Shown piece after piece: positions 35,566 through 48,007 of a stretch of 64,000 nucleotides of DNA (its first letter is position 1; each line of letters starts with the position of its first letter). The translations under genes and the position numbers were made by a program. Source of the DNA: an uncultured Allomuricauda sp. Lineage in GTDB: Bacteria > Bacteroidota > Bacteroidia > Flavobacteriales > Flavobacteriaceae. Under the pieces are notes generated by a model. The model ran no database searches and was not told the origin of the DNA. It was given only the letters and a program-made list of their open reading frames with translations. The stretch is from contig OY781874.1 of assembly GCA_963677115.1 (NCBI GenBank), positions 2,937,618 to 3,001,617 on the forward strand. The letters are read 5' to 3'.

Positions 35566-35593
35566 AGATTTCTCACATTCGTTCGAAATGACA
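35566..35593 (-). repeat. REP-like half element
   Basis: Reverse strand reads gtcatttcgaacgaatgtgagaaatct and shares GTCATTTCGA with the palindrome inside prmC. Confidence 0.5.
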
Positions 35594-35628
35594 CTTGTCG
35601 AATAGCTGCAAACATTCCGTAAACCCCT

Positions 35629-35636
35629 TATATTTG
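35629..35636 (+). promoter_or_regulatory. -7 promoter box for hisS
   Basis: TATATTTG 20 nt before the ATG. Confidence 0.5.
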
Positions 35637-35655
35637 CACTAGAATTTAACACTAT

Positions 35656-37044
35656 ATGGCAAAGAAACCATCCATACCCAAAGGAACCCGCGATTTTTCA
35701 CCAGCAGAGGTGGCCAAACGTAACTATATCACCCAAACCATAAAAAAGCATTTCGAAACCTATGGTTTCCAGCCGATAGAAACCCCATCTTTCGAGAATT
35801 CGGAGACCCTGATGGGAAAATATGGGGATGAAGGCGACCGTTTGATTTTTAAAATCTTGAATTCAGGGGATTTTATTTCCAAAGTGGATGATGTGACCTA
35901 CAGTTCCAAGAATTCTGCTTCACTGACCCCTAAAATCTCTGAAAAGGCGTTGCGTTACGACCTTACGGTACCTTTCGCCCGTTACGTGGTGATGCATCAG
36001 AATGAAGTCGATTTCCCTTTCAAAAGGTATCAGATCCAGCCCGTGTGGCGTGCCGACCGTCCTCAAAAAGGGCGTTTTCGCGAGTTTTATCAATGTGATG
36101 CCGATGTGGTGGGAGCGGACTCTTTGCTTCAAGAAGTGGAGTTTGTACAATTGTATGATGCTGTTTTTACCGATTTGGGCCTGAAAGGAGCCACCATCAA
36201 AATCAATAACCGAAAAATACTTTCTGGAATTGCGGAAGTAATCGGTGCACAGCATTTATTGGTCGATTTTACCGTCGCTCTGGACAAATTGGACAAGATT
36301 GGAGAGGAGAAGGTTAAGGCTGAAATGATGGAAAAAGGTATTTCCGAAGGAGCGATTACCAAAGCCCAGCCATTATTTGATATGACGGGTACTGCTTCCG
36401 AGCAGTTGGAAAAACTAAAAACCATCCTTGCCGATTCCGAAGTGGGAATGTTGGGCATTTCCGAACTGGAAGAGATTATCTCCACCGTGGACATGGTCGG
36501 TTTGCAATCCGCCAGTTTGCAGTTGGATGTTACCCTTGCCCGTGGCCTCAACTATTATACAGGTGCTATTTTTGAAGTGGCAGCACCCGAGGGCGTAAAA
36601 ATGGGCTCCATTGGCGGCGGCGGTCGGTATGATGATCTTACGGGCATTTTTGGACTCAAGGATGTGAGCGGGGTGGGTATTTCCTTCGGATTGGATCGTA
36701 TTTACTTGGTTTTGGAAGAATTGAACCTGTTTCCGGATAGTCTGGATTCCTCCTTGGACCTACTCTGCCTGAATTTTGGGAAGAGAGAAGCAATGGCAGC
36801 CTTAAAACTGGTCTCTGGACTGCGAAAACAAGGATTGCGTGCCGATTTATACCCTACGGATACTAAAGTGCAGAAACAGTTTAAGTATGCCGATAAAAGG
36901 GGAGTGCCGTACGTGATTCTTTTGGGAGAGCAAGAGTTGACGGATGGCAAATTTGTGGTCAAGAACATGAAAACCGGCGACCAAAAGCAGTATGCTCTCG
37001 ATGCACTCCAGGAATTTGCAGAAAAAGTCAAGTCCGACTTTTAA
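35656..37044 (+). CDS. hisS: Histidine--tRNA ligase
   Basis: PKGTRDF, LRYDLTVP, GRFREFYQCD, RGLNYYTG, GGGRYD. Confidence 0.97.
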   Translation: MAKKPSIPKGTRDFSPAEVAKRNYITQTIKKHFETYGFQPIETPSFENSETLMGKYGDEGDRLIFKILNSGDFISKVDDVTYSSKNSASLTPKISEKALRYDLTVPFARYVVMHQNEVDFPFKRYQIQPVWRADRPQKGRFREFYQCDADVVGADSLLQEVEFVQLYDAVFTDLGLKGATIKINNRKILSGIAEVIGAQHLLVDFTVALDKLDKIGEEKVKAEMMEKGISEGAITKAQPLFDMTGTASEQLEKLKTILADSEVGMLGISELEEIISTVDMVGLQSASLQLDVTLARGLNYYTGAIFEVAAPEGVKMGSIGGGGRYDDLTGIFGLKDVSGVGISFGLDRIYLVLEELNLFPDSLDSSLDLLCLNFGKREAMAALKLVSGLRKQGLRADLYPTDTKVQKQFKYADKRGVPYVILLGEQELTDGKFVVKNMKTGDQKQYALDALQEFAEKVKSDF

Positions 37045-37576
37045 TTGCTTTAATAATGGTTTTGTAATAGGTAGGACCGTGAGGTACATATTTGCCCACG
37101 CTTGCCAGGCCCCAGGTTTCTTCGGCAAACTTAAAAAGTGGAACCAGGGCCAAATCATCTACCTCACTTTCCTGTTTGTTGAGTTGATTCAAGGGAACGC
37201 GTAATTTGCACAAAAAAATGTGGTGTAGTTCGGCATCGGTAAAATCTTTGGATATTTTATGAATGGCCTTGAAGGTGTCCAGCGGCTCCAACTCGGATTC
37301 CGATACCATAAGTCCAACCTCTTCCGCCACCTCTCTTATGGCAGCGTCAACAATATTTTCTCCCGCCGAAACATGCCCTGCCACCGAAACATCCCAAAGA
37401 GAAGGATGCGTGGCCTTGTTTTTACTCCTTTGTTGTATTAAAACCCGGCCATCTGAAGTGTACAACCATATATGGACCGTTGGGTGCAACAGGCCTTTTT
37501 GGTGTGCTTCGGATTTTAAACAAGATTGCCCAGTAGGTTTTCCTTGGTCGTCCAAAATGTCAACTAGCTCATCCAT
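37028..37576 (-). CDS. NUDIX hydrolase (IPP-isomerase-like)
   Basis: AGHVSAGE...AAIREVAEEVG Nudix box; H..GLLH, QQRS. Confidence 0.85.
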   Translation of the reverse strand: MDELVDILDDQGKPTGQSCLKSEAHQKGLLHPTVHIWLYTSDGRVLIQQRSKNKATHPSLWDVSVAGHVSAGENIVDAAIREVAEEVGLMVSESELEPLDTFKAIHKISKDFTDAELHHIFLCKLRVPLNQLNKQESEVDDLALVPLFKFAEETWGLASVGKYVPHGPTYYKTIIKAIKSRT

Positions 37577-37655
37577 ATTACCTAAAGATAAGAAATTGTC
37601 ATATCGAGGGCTGCCATGTTAACATATTATTTTTTAAGATGACCCTACCTATACT

Positions 37656-37736
37656 TGTCATTTGGAAGGAGTATGGTGACTGAGGAATCTCTCCTATATT
37701 GAGTAGTGGGGATTCTTCCCTGCGTTCAGAACGGCA
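37656..37736. repeat. Degenerate REP-like palindromic doublet
   Basis: tgtcatttgga...gaggaatctc / gggattcttc...ttcagaacggca imperfect nested inverted repeats. Confidence 0.45.
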
Positions 37737-37742
37737 ATCAAC

Positions 37743-37780
37743 AAAAAAGCATCGTTGCCCATTCTGGGCAACGATGCTTT
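37743..37780 (-). terminator. Intrinsic terminator of the M42 gene
   Basis: aaagcatcgttgccc-attct-gggcaacgatgcttt, with T6 on the minus strand. Confidence 0.85.
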
Positions 37781-37804
37781 ATAACTTATTTTCAGTTCAA
37801 TCAG

Positions 37805-38893
37805 TTAATCAAAATAACTGAAGGTTTCTCCATCCTTAATGTTCAACAAGGTTTCATAAATCAAACGGATAACATTCTCTACATCATCTTTATGAACGGT
37901 TTCCACTGTGGTGTGCATATAGCGAAGCGGCAATGAAATCAATGCAGATGCAACACCGCCATTACTGTAGGCGAAAGCATCGGTATCGGTACCGGTGTAT
38001 CGAGAGGATGCATTACGTTGAAACGGAATCTTGTTGGCCTCTGCGGTTTCTAAAATACGTTCGCGCAACTTGTTCTGCACGGCAGGCGCATAAGAAATAA
38101 CAGGTCCATCGCCTATTTTGGTCTCTCCCTCTGTCTTTTTATTGATCATCGGGGTAGTAGTGTCGTGGCATACATCCGTTACTATCGCTACGTTCGGTTT
38201 AATGGTCTGCGTGATCATTTCGGCACCACGTAGGCCAATTTCCTCTTGTACGGAATTGGTGATGTACAATCCAAAAGGTAGTTCCTTTTTGTTCTCTTTG
38301 AGCAAACGGGCCACTTCGGCAATCATAAAACCACCCATGCGGTTGTCCAACGCTCTACAAACGAATTTATCCTTGTTCAAAATATGGAATTGATCGGGAT
38401 AAGTGATCACGCACCCTACGTGAACGCCCATTTTCTCAACTTCCTCTTTGTCCTTGGCACCTATGTCTATAAAAATGTTGTCCAATTTGGGAGACTGCTC
38501 CTTTTCTTTGTTTCTGGTATGGATGGCCGGCCAGCCAAATACACCTTTTACAATACCGTTTTTAGTGTGGATATCCACCCATTTGGATGGTGCTATCTGA
38601 TGATCGCTACCGCCGTTTCGGATAACGTAAAGCAAACCTTCATCGGTAATATAGTTGACGTACCAAGAAATTTCATCGGAATGCCCTTCGATCACGACCC
38701 TGTATTTCGCATCTGGATTGATAACCCCTACGGCAGTTCCATAAGTGTCCGTGATAAACTCGTCCACATAGGGTTTTACGTAGTCCATCCAAATTTTCTG
38801 ACCTTCCCATTCATAGCCCGTCGGGGATGGATTGTTCAGGTATTTTTCTAAAAACTCAAGGGATTTTTCGTTAATGATTTTCTCTTTTGACAT
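37805..38893 (-). CDS. M42-family metallo-aminopeptidase
   Basis: GH.DE, RALDNR, QEEIG, TDV, TGTD, PLRYMHT. Confidence 0.9.
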   Translation of the reverse strand: MSKEKIINEKSLEFLEKYLNNPSPTGYEWEGQKIWMDYVKPYVDEFITDTYGTAVGVINPDAKYRVVIEGHSDEISWYVNYITDEGLLYVIRNGGSDHQIAPSKWVDIHTKNGIVKGVFGWPAIHTRNKEKEQSPKLDNIFIDIGAKDKEEVEKMGVHVGCVITYPDQFHILNKDKFVCRALDNRMGGFMIAEVARLLKENKKELPFGLYITNSVQEEIGLRGAEMITQTIKPNVAIVTDVCHDTTTPMINKKTEGETKIGDGPVISYAPAVQNKLRERILETAEANKIPFQRNASSRYTGTDTDAFAYSNGGVASALISLPLRYMHTTVETVHKDDVENVIRLIYETLLNIKDGETFSYFD

Positions 38894-38992
38894 GTATCTG
38901 ATTTAGAACACAAACTTAAGAATATTCACTTTTATTTAATAACCAAATCACACCTTTATACTTACTTTTGGCAAGACTTTTGAGAAAGGAAT

Positions 38993-39715
38993 ATGATGCT
39001 ACGTATCTGTTTTTTAGTTGTTTTCTTAATGATTAATGGCTTTGGATGGGCCCAGGGATCGAAAGAAGACTCTCATAAAACTTCAATGGACTCCATAGCC
39101 AATGATTCCATAGAGGATTACTATGTTCGATTCGAAGGGGATTCCATTTTGATGAGTTCCATTGAGCTGGAAGAGGTCTATATTTTCGGAAAATTGGACT
39201 TTGCCAGCCGTGAGGATAAATTACGATACTACATTCTTAGAAGAAAAACCCTCAAGGTATATCCTTACGCTAAATTGGCCGCTGAACGACTGGTGGAGCT
39301 GAACGATAGTCTACAACATATCAAAAAGCGCAGGCATCAAAGACGATATACGCGAAAGGTTCAAAAATATATAGAAGGTGAGTTCTCCGAAGAACTTAAA
39401 AAGCTTACCCGTACCGAAGGGCAGATTTTGGTAAAATTGATTCACCGTCAAACAGGAACCACCGCTTTTGATTTGGTCAAAGACTTACGTAACGGTTGGC
39501 GTGCTTTTTGGTACAATACCACGGCCAGTTTGTTCAAGATCAGTTTAAAAGAAGAGTTTCGGCCAGAAGAAGTACACGAAGATTACTTGATAGAGGATAT
39601 TTTACAACGGGCCTTTGCAGCCCGTCGGTTGGAGCGTCAAAAATCGGTTTTGGATTATGATTATGCCCAACTTTCCAATAAATGGAAAAATCAACCTCCC
39701 AATACGGGCAATTAG
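38993..39715 (+). CDS. DUF4294-like exported protein
   Basis: KVYPYAKLA, ELKKLTRTEGQILVKLIHRQTG. Confidence 0.78.
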   Translation: MMLRICFLVVFLMINGFGWAQGSKEDSHKTSMDSIANDSIEDYYVRFEGDSILMSSIELEEVYIFGKLDFASREDKLRYYILRRKTLKVYPYAKLAAERLVELNDSLQHIKKRRHQRRYTRKVQKYIEGEFSEELKKLTRTEGQILVKLIHRQTGTTAFDLVKDLRNGWRAFWYNTTASLFKISLKEEFRPEEVHEDYLIEDILQRAFAARRLERQKSVLDYDYAQLSNKWKNQPPNTGN

Positions 39716-39948
39716 TCTTTTTGTTTCTTGCCGAAAACAGCCTCCATTACAATACTTACCGACCTAAACCCTAGGTAAATGGCCAAAACTGCGCAAATAA
39801 TGCCTAAAATCAAAACAGGCCAATAAAAGGAGTGACCCTCATTTTTGAATGCTTCGTAAATCAAAAATGGTCCCATAAACATGGCAAGTACCGTGTAGCC
39901 AAACGATTTTATTCCCTTTACCAGAAGTTCCTTATTGGTTCGCCTCAT
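39712..39948 (-). CDS. Small two-TM membrane protein (DUF6095-like)
   Basis: 78 aa; TNKELLVKG, MF.GP, two hydrophobic helices. Confidence 0.65.
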   Translation of the reverse strand: MRRTNKELLVKGIKSFGYTVLAMFMGPFLIYEAFKNEGHSFYWPVLILGIICAVLAIYLGFRSVSIVMEAVFGKKQKD

Positions 39949-40005
39949 AGGGCCAAAATAGGAATATTAGCTTATATTTAGAGGGAATAGCATAAAAAAT
40001 TGGCC

Positions 40006-41325
40006 ATGGAAATTCTAGTTCTTGGGATTGTTGTCCTCTTCATCATAATTGCGACTGTAAGATTTAAAATGCATCCCATATTTTCTTTGACCATTGCCGC
40101 TGTGGCTTCAGGTTTTTTGTTGGGACTAGCCCCAAAGAATATGATGTCCATAATGGCGGAAGGGTTCGGCAATACGCTTTCGGGCATCGGATTGGTCATT
40201 GCGTTCGGTACCGTAATCGGTATTTATTTGGAAAAGACTGGCGGCACACAAGTGTTGGCCAATAGTATTTTAAAACTTATCGGGTTAAAACACGCTCCCT
40301 TGGCCATAAATTTAGCTGGATTTGTTATTTCTATTCCAGTGTATTGTGATTCTGGGTACATTATTCTTTCTTCTTTAAATAAAGCCATCAGCAAAAAAAC
40401 AGGTATTCCTGCGCTGGTTTTTGCCATTGCCTTGGCAACAGGACTATATGCTGCCCACGTATTTGTTCCTCCAACACCGGGACCCTTGGCAGCAGCTGCC
40501 ATTTTAGGAGCTGATTTGGGAATGGTGCTGATTTTTGGACTCTTGGTTGCCATACCTGTTTCCATTTCAGGGTATTTTTGGGCACGGTTCATTGGACAAT
40601 CATTGCAGGAGGATGAATCCGATGATATGATTGAAACACCGGAAGAGGTAGCCTCAAACGTAAAGCCTTTTCAAGCTTTTCTGCCCTTGCTCATTCCCAT
40701 AATTCTGATTGCGATGAAATCTGTAGTGGATTACCCGACCCACCCTTTGGGTGAAGGAATGGTATTCCAAGTTTTCAGTTTTCTGGGCAGCCCGGTAATT
40801 GCATTGTTAATTGGTGTTTTCTTTGCCTTTGCCTTGGCCGGAAATGTTCCTTCGGATGAGAAAAAAGGGTGGGTGCCCGAAGCGTTCAAACAGGCTGGGG
40901 CCATTGTGCTCATTACGGGAGCAGGGGGTGCTTTTGGTGCCATTCTAAGAACCATGGATATTGCGGCCATTGTTAATTTGGAATCCAGCACCGGAATAGG
41001 TGGGCTTTTGATCGCTTTTGCCATTGCAGCCGTGCTCAAAACGGCCCAGGGTTCCTCCACGGTTGCCATCATCACCACATCGGCAATTATAGCCCCATTG
41101 TTGGAAACCTTTGGTTTGGTTTCCATTACCGATAAGGCCTTGGCTGTTCTAGCCATTGGGGCAGGGGCGATGACGGTCTCCCATATCAACGATAGTTATT
41201 TTTGGGTGGTTTCCCAATTTTCGAGCATGAAGGTGAAAACGGCACTTCGGGGACATACCCTCGGTACGTTGGTTCAGGGAATTGTGGGTATTTTGATGAT
41301 ACTATTGCTATATGCGCTTGTATAG
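40006..41325 (+). CDS. GntP-family permease
   Basis: IPVYCDSG, VPPTPGP, GAGGAFG, AQGSSTVA, SH.NDS.FW. Confidence 0.9.
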   Translation: MEILVLGIVVLFIIIATVRFKMHPIFSLTIAAVASGFLLGLAPKNMMSIMAEGFGNTLSGIGLVIAFGTVIGIYLEKTGGTQVLANSILKLIGLKHAPLAINLAGFVISIPVYCDSGYIILSSLNKAISKKTGIPALVFAIALATGLYAAHVFVPPTPGPLAAAAILGADLGMVLIFGLLVAIPVSISGYFWARFIGQSLQEDESDDMIETPEEVASNVKPFQAFLPLLIPIILIAMKSVVDYPTHPLGEGMVFQVFSFLGSPVIALLIGVFFAFALAGNVPSDEKKGWVPEAFKQAGAIVLITGAGGAFGAILRTMDIAAIVNLESSTGIGGLLIAFAIAAVLKTAQGSSTVAIITTSAIIAPLLETFGLVSITDKALAVLAIGAGAMTVSHINDSYFWVVSQFSSMKVKTALRGHTLGTLVQGIVGILMILLLYALV

Positions 41326-41333
41326 TTCAGGAG

Positions 41334-42227
41334 TTATTCAATTATAAGGCTGCGCCTATATTCCTGAACCACGGCAAAGTAGCCCAACGCAAAATCATTA
41401 GGGCTTTCCACATCGTCAATTCCCGTAACATTTTCCGAACCAGTAATATCAAAAACGTTTCCGCGAACTGTGGCCACGGGTGTCTGAAAAGGCCCTCCAC
41501 CATTGCCCGTCTGTTCCAATACCAGGTCCATGTAGTTATAAAAGCCTTGAGTCGCCCCTAAAATGCTTACGGTTATTTCATCTCCAGGTTGGGTTTTTTT
41601 ATCATAAAAAAAGGAAAACTCAAACTGTCGGCCCTGGAAAAATTCGTCTTCCACCGTTTGAAATTCACCGAACATAAAATCGAACACATAAAAGTTATCT
41701 GTGCTCCCATCATCAGTAAATGTTACCTTGACCTCTGTTTGCTCTTCATCAAAAAACACTTCGTCACCTTGTTCCAGGTTGTCCAGAGGTACTGTGGGCG
41801 CATACTCGGTCTGGGCAAAATAATATTTGTCTTGATAATTAATTTCCAAAATGAATACCGTTCCCAGTTCGGCGGCCGATGTAGGTATACGTTGGTCCGT
41901 TGGCAAATTTTGGTCTGGAATATAAATTCCCGAGCCCGGTGCTTCCTCAACTAAGGATGATGTGGCTAGGTCCTCAAACGTTCCCTGGTTGTTCAATTGA
42001 CCATAGGATATGGTCACGTTTTCTGCTTGCACAGGCTGGTTTTCTTCGAAAAAGATACTGCTGGTCCTAAGCCCTATACGGACATTTATGAATTGTTGTT
42101 CCTTGTCCACCCGCAAAACTGCATCAACTACCAATTTGGATTCGGTTTCCGGTAAATCAACATCAACAACATCCTCACAGGCACCGAGTATCAGGGCAAT
42201 AAAAATGTAGTTCAGTAGCTTTTTCAT
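41334..42227 (-). CDS. DUF4249-like lipoprotein, partner of the TonB-dependent receptor
   Basis: Lipobox LGAC-EDV; P..VRGN...ALGYF C-terminus; lies downstream of the receptor gene. Confidence 0.78.
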   Translation of the reverse strand: MKKLLNYIFIALILGACEDVVDVDLPETESKLVVDAVLRVDKEQQFINVRIGLRTSSIFFEENQPVQAENVTISYGQLNNQGTFEDLATSSLVEEAPGSGIYIPDQNLPTDQRIPTSAAELGTVFILEINYQDKYYFAQTEYAPTVPLDNLEQGDEVFFDEEQTEVKVTFTDDGSTDNFYVFDFMFGEFQTVEDEFFQGRQFEFSFFYDKKTQPGDEITVSILGATQGFYNYMDLVLEQTGNGGGPFQTPVATVRGNVFDITGSENVTGIDDVESPNDFALGYFAVVQEYRRSLIIE

Positions 42228-42231
42228 GCCG

Positions 42232-44607
42232 TTAAAATTTAAAATTATAGGTCACCGAAGGGATAATCCCAAAAATGGAGGTGCGAACGGCTTCGTTTCT
42301 GCCCGTATCCTCGTTCTCCCTAAAATTAATGGATGCTGCATTTTTACGATTGTATGCATTGTATATGCTGAACACCCATTCGGATTGAACCTTCCTTTGT
42401 TTGTTGCGTTTTGGTGTCAAAACAGCGGAAATATCCAGTCTGTGGTAATCGGGCAAACGCTCTTCGTTCCTTAGGCCATAATAGGGCACGGTAACATCTT
42501 CAAACTCAAATTGACCAATCGGGTAATTGGTAGGTTGCCCTGTTTGATAGATGAAATTCGCATTGAAACTCCATTTTTCATTCAGCTCAAAACTACCATA
42601 GAAAGAAAGGTCGTGGGTTTTATCATACGGGGTATTGTACCATTCCCCCATATTTATTCCGGTTTCCAAATCGGACCTGCCTGGGGTTCTTTGCTCGGAT
42701 TTGGATAGTGTATAGGCCAACCAGCCCGTAACTCGGCCTTCATTTTTTCGGAGCAAAAGCTCCAGTCCGTAAGCTCTGGCCTCACCATTCAATATAACCT
42801 GTTCTATGGCATCATTGGCAATAAGGTTGGCACCGTCGATATAATCTATCCTATTTTGTATGGTCTTGTAAAATGTTTCCGCCTCCAAACTGTAGGCACC
42901 CGCTTTGATATTCCTAAAATAACCAATGGCATATTGGTCCAACAGCTGTGGTTCCACGAATGGACCGCTGGGGGTCCATACATCCAAGGGAGTAGGGGAG
43001 TTTGTATTTGAAATAAGATGGAGGTACTGTGCCAATCGGGTATAACTGGCCTTTATGGAATTATTTTCCTTAAAGGTGTAGGACATTGAAATCCTTGGTT
43101 CCAGATTAAAAAAGGTTTCGAGCGTTTTGCTTCTGCCCGGATTTATTGTATCTAATGGGTTTGCTTCTCCATACGTCTGGGTAAAAGCATCAAATTCCAC
43201 AGCATTATCATCCGCATAAACAAAAAACGCATCCTGTCCCAACCTGCTAAATTGACTTGCCCTTAATCCATATTCCACACTTAGATTATCCGTGATTTCT
43301 TGTTCCACATCAATATAAGCTGCATTTTCGTTGGCATATTTTTTTGTGAGCTGATCTTCCACGATTCCGGAATCGGGGCTATTGGGCACTATTTTCCCCG
43401 GATTAAAAACATAGTAGATACTGTTTATCCCGTAGTTCAACTGGAGTTTATTGCCCAAGTAGTGTTTTAGGTCATATTTCAGGTTAAAGTTTTGGATGCC
43501 GGAGTTCCACTCAAACCCCACAAAATCAAGCTCTAGGCCATAATAATAATCGGAATAAATGAGCGATAGATTGGAAAAGAGTTTATCGGAGAACAAGTGG
43601 TTCCATCGCAAATTACCAACGGCATTTCCATATTCGTTCACAAAACGGTCGCTTACATTGAAAAGATCTCGACCGAAGTATCCAGAGAGGAAGATACTGT
43701 TGTTCTTGTTGATTCTATGTGTGATTTTGGTATTGAGGTCATAGAAATAGGCCTTGTTTTCTATATCAAATAATGGGAGAAACAAATGAGCATACGATGC
43801 CCTTCCGCCAGCTAGAAACGAAGTCTTGTCTTTTTGTATGGGACCTTCAATCAATAATCTGCTTGCAACCGCCCCTATACCACCGTTTACCTTGAATTGC
43901 TTGCTATTTCCTTCTTTTTGGAAGATATCGAGTACCGAGGATACCCTTCCGCCATATCGTGCAGGGATTCCTCCTTTAAAGAGTTTTACATCCTTTATAG
44001 CGTCCGGATTGAATACCGAAAAGAAGCCGAACAGATGGGAGGAATTGAACACCGTTGCTTCATCCAAAAGGATAAGGTTTTGGTCGGCGGCCCCACCGCG
44101 TACATTAAAACCGGAAGAAGCTTCACCGGCACTGGTGACACCAGGTAAGAGCAAAAGCGATTTTATTACATCGGACTCACCTAAAACTACAGGGATTTCC
44201 TTGATTGTGTTTGAGGACAATGAGGTAACGCTCATCTGGGGTTTGCGAATGTCCAGTTTTTCCACATTGTCCGTGACCACGACTTCCTGTAGCTCCTCGG
44301 TCTTCTCGGTCAGATTAAAGTCTTGTTTTACATTTTGGTTAAGGGTGATGGTTTGTATGACTTCCCGAAAACCCAGATAGCTCACTGCGATTTGATATTC
44401 GCCTTGGGGAAGAGTGATGGAATAAAAACCGTATTCGTTGGTAGTGGTTCCCGTTTTTAACTCTGATACGGCAACCGTTACACCAATAAGGGATTCGTTG
44501 CTGGATGCTTCAAAAACAGTACCGCTCAGGGTATACTTTTCTTGTGCATGCATCACAAAAAAATGCCCAAACAGGGCTAGCAAAAATGCAAGATAATGTC
44601 TGGGCAT
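42232..44607 (-). CDS. TonB-dependent outer-membrane receptor
   Basis: Signal peptide, N-terminal TTTNEYGFYS, plug motif LLLPGV...VRGG, C-terminal TYNFKF. Confidence 0.92.
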   Translation of the reverse strand: MPRHYLAFLLALFGHFFVMHAQEKYTLSGTVFEASSNESLIGVTVAVSELKTGTTTNEYGFYSITLPQGEYQIAVSYLGFREVIQTITLNQNVKQDFNLTEKTEELQEVVVTDNVEKLDIRKPQMSVTSLSSNTIKEIPVVLGESDVIKSLLLLPGVTSAGEASSGFNVRGGAADQNLILLDEATVFNSSHLFGFFSVFNPDAIKDVKLFKGGIPARYGGRVSSVLDIFQKEGNSKQFKVNGGIGAVASRLLIEGPIQKDKTSFLAGGRASYAHLFLPLFDIENKAYFYDLNTKITHRINKNNSIFLSGYFGRDLFNVSDRFVNEYGNAVGNLRWNHLFSDKLFSNLSLIYSDYYYGLELDFVGFEWNSGIQNFNLKYDLKHYLGNKLQLNYGINSIYYVFNPGKIVPNSPDSGIVEDQLTKKYANENAAYIDVEQEITDNLSVEYGLRASQFSRLGQDAFFVYADDNAVEFDAFTQTYGEANPLDTINPGRSKTLETFFNLEPRISMSYTFKENNSIKASYTRLAQYLHLISNTNSPTPLDVWTPSGPFVEPQLLDQYAIGYFRNIKAGAYSLEAETFYKTIQNRIDYIDGANLIANDAIEQVILNGEARAYGLELLLRKNEGRVTGWLAYTLSKSEQRTPGRSDLETGINMGEWYNTPYDKTHDLSFYGSFELNEKWSFNANFIYQTGQPTNYPIGQFEFEDVTVPYYGLRNEERLPDYHRLDISAVLTPKRNKQRKVQSEWVFSIYNAYNRKNAASINFRENEDTGRNEAVRTSIFGIIPSVTYNFKF

Positions 44608-44699
44608 TCGATTGTTTTTTTAAAAGTAAACAATTATAGGGCAGCGAAAAAACGAATTTGGCTACCTGAGATTATTTTAACATTATTGGTGGATAAAAT

Positions 44700-44729
44700 A
44701 AAAGGCAGCCATTAAAGGGCTGCCTTTTT
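44700..44729 (-). terminator. Intrinsic terminator of icd
   Basis: aaaaggcagcc...ggctgcctttt. Confidence 0.8.
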
Positions 44730-44752
44730 ACTGTTACTTATGTTTATCTTGA

Positions 44753-46972
<2,220 letters not shown>

Positions 46973-46997
46973 TTATATGTATTTGTTTGAGCGGTTG

Positions 46998-47005
46998 CAA
47001 ATATA
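46998..47005 (-). promoter_or_regulatory. -7 promoter box for icd
   Basis: TATATTTG on the minus strand, 25 nt before the ATG. Confidence 0.5.
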
Positions 47006-47545
47006 CGATATATGGATGGTGAAGTACGAATGGAAGTGACTAAAAGTGTGGACTTTTAGTAAGATTTTGTTAAAAAACAAAAGCCATTTCCTTGTTTTTA
47101 CCAAGGAGATGGCTTTCAGAATGGACCCAAGATTTGTTTGGTGGTACCAAAACTTGTAACCTATTTGATTACATCTTTTGTCCTTTCGACGTTTGCTTTG
47201 CTATGTGCTTAATTATGGAATCAAGCTTCATTTGCAAAGTATACTGTTGTATTTCTACAATTTTATCAAAATGAAAAATTGCTCTTCCATCCGCACATAA
47301 AATCTATTATTTCTCATTAGGTCTTGCCTAAGCGCCTCCCAAATCAAAATTCCTTTTGTGATCAGTAGTGTTACCAATTAAAAGGGAATACGCAGCTTTA
47401 AAGAACGTCAACTTTAAATCAATATCATCGTGATGGTATCACAATCATATCTTTGTCTAAAGTAGGTTGTAAAATCAAATTTTGCAATTTTACAAGGCAT
47501 TAAAAATCAACACGATATGAACCAAGGTTATTAACAATTGTTCAT

Positions 47546-47575
47546 AAAAAAAGCACCCTGAAAAGGGTGCTTTTT
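47546..47575 (-). terminator. Intrinsic terminator of rplS
   Basis: aaaaagcaccct-gaaa-agggtgcttttt. Confidence 0.85.
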
Positions 47576-47594
47576 AGTCTCGTAGGAATATGGA

Positions 47595-47945
47595 TTATCC
47601 CTTAATTTCTTTGATACGGGCCTTTTTACCGGTAAGACCTCTAAAGTAGAAGATTCTTGATCTACGTACTTTACCTTTTTTGTTTACTTCCACTCTTTGC
47701 AAAGCTGGCATGTTTACCGGGAAAATTCTTTCCACACCTACAGTACCGGACATTTTGCGAATAGTAAACGTTTCTGTTGCACCACTTCCTCTACGTTGTA
47801 TCACAACACCTTTAAAGAACTGGGTACGTGTTTTTTCACCTTCCTTGATTTCGTAATAAACAGTGATGGTATCACCAGCTGAAAATTTTGGAAATTCTTT
47901 TTTTGGAACAAATTCGTCTTCAACAAATTTAATTAAGGATTCCAT
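47595..47945 (-). CDS. rplS: 50S ribosomal protein L19
   Basis: F..GDT, R.Q.F.GVVI, VGVERIFP, GKVRRS. Confidence 0.97.
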   Translation of the reverse strand: MESLIKFVEDEFVPKKEFPKFSAGDTITVYYEIKEGEKTRTQFFKGVVIQRRGSGATETFTIRKMSGTVGVERIFPVNMPALQRVEVNKKGKVRRSRIFYFRGLTGKKARIKEIKG

Positions 47946-47969
47946 TTTATGTTTTTTAAATGTTTTTGC

Positions 47970-48007
47970 AAAACCAACTTACACGGACCTCGTCAGAGGT
48001 TGATTTT
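47970..48007 (-). promoter_or_regulatory. Candidate L19 ribosomal-protein leader hairpin
   Basis: aaaatcaac...gttggtttt stem in the 5' UTR between the promoter box and the rplS ATG. Confidence 0.45.
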
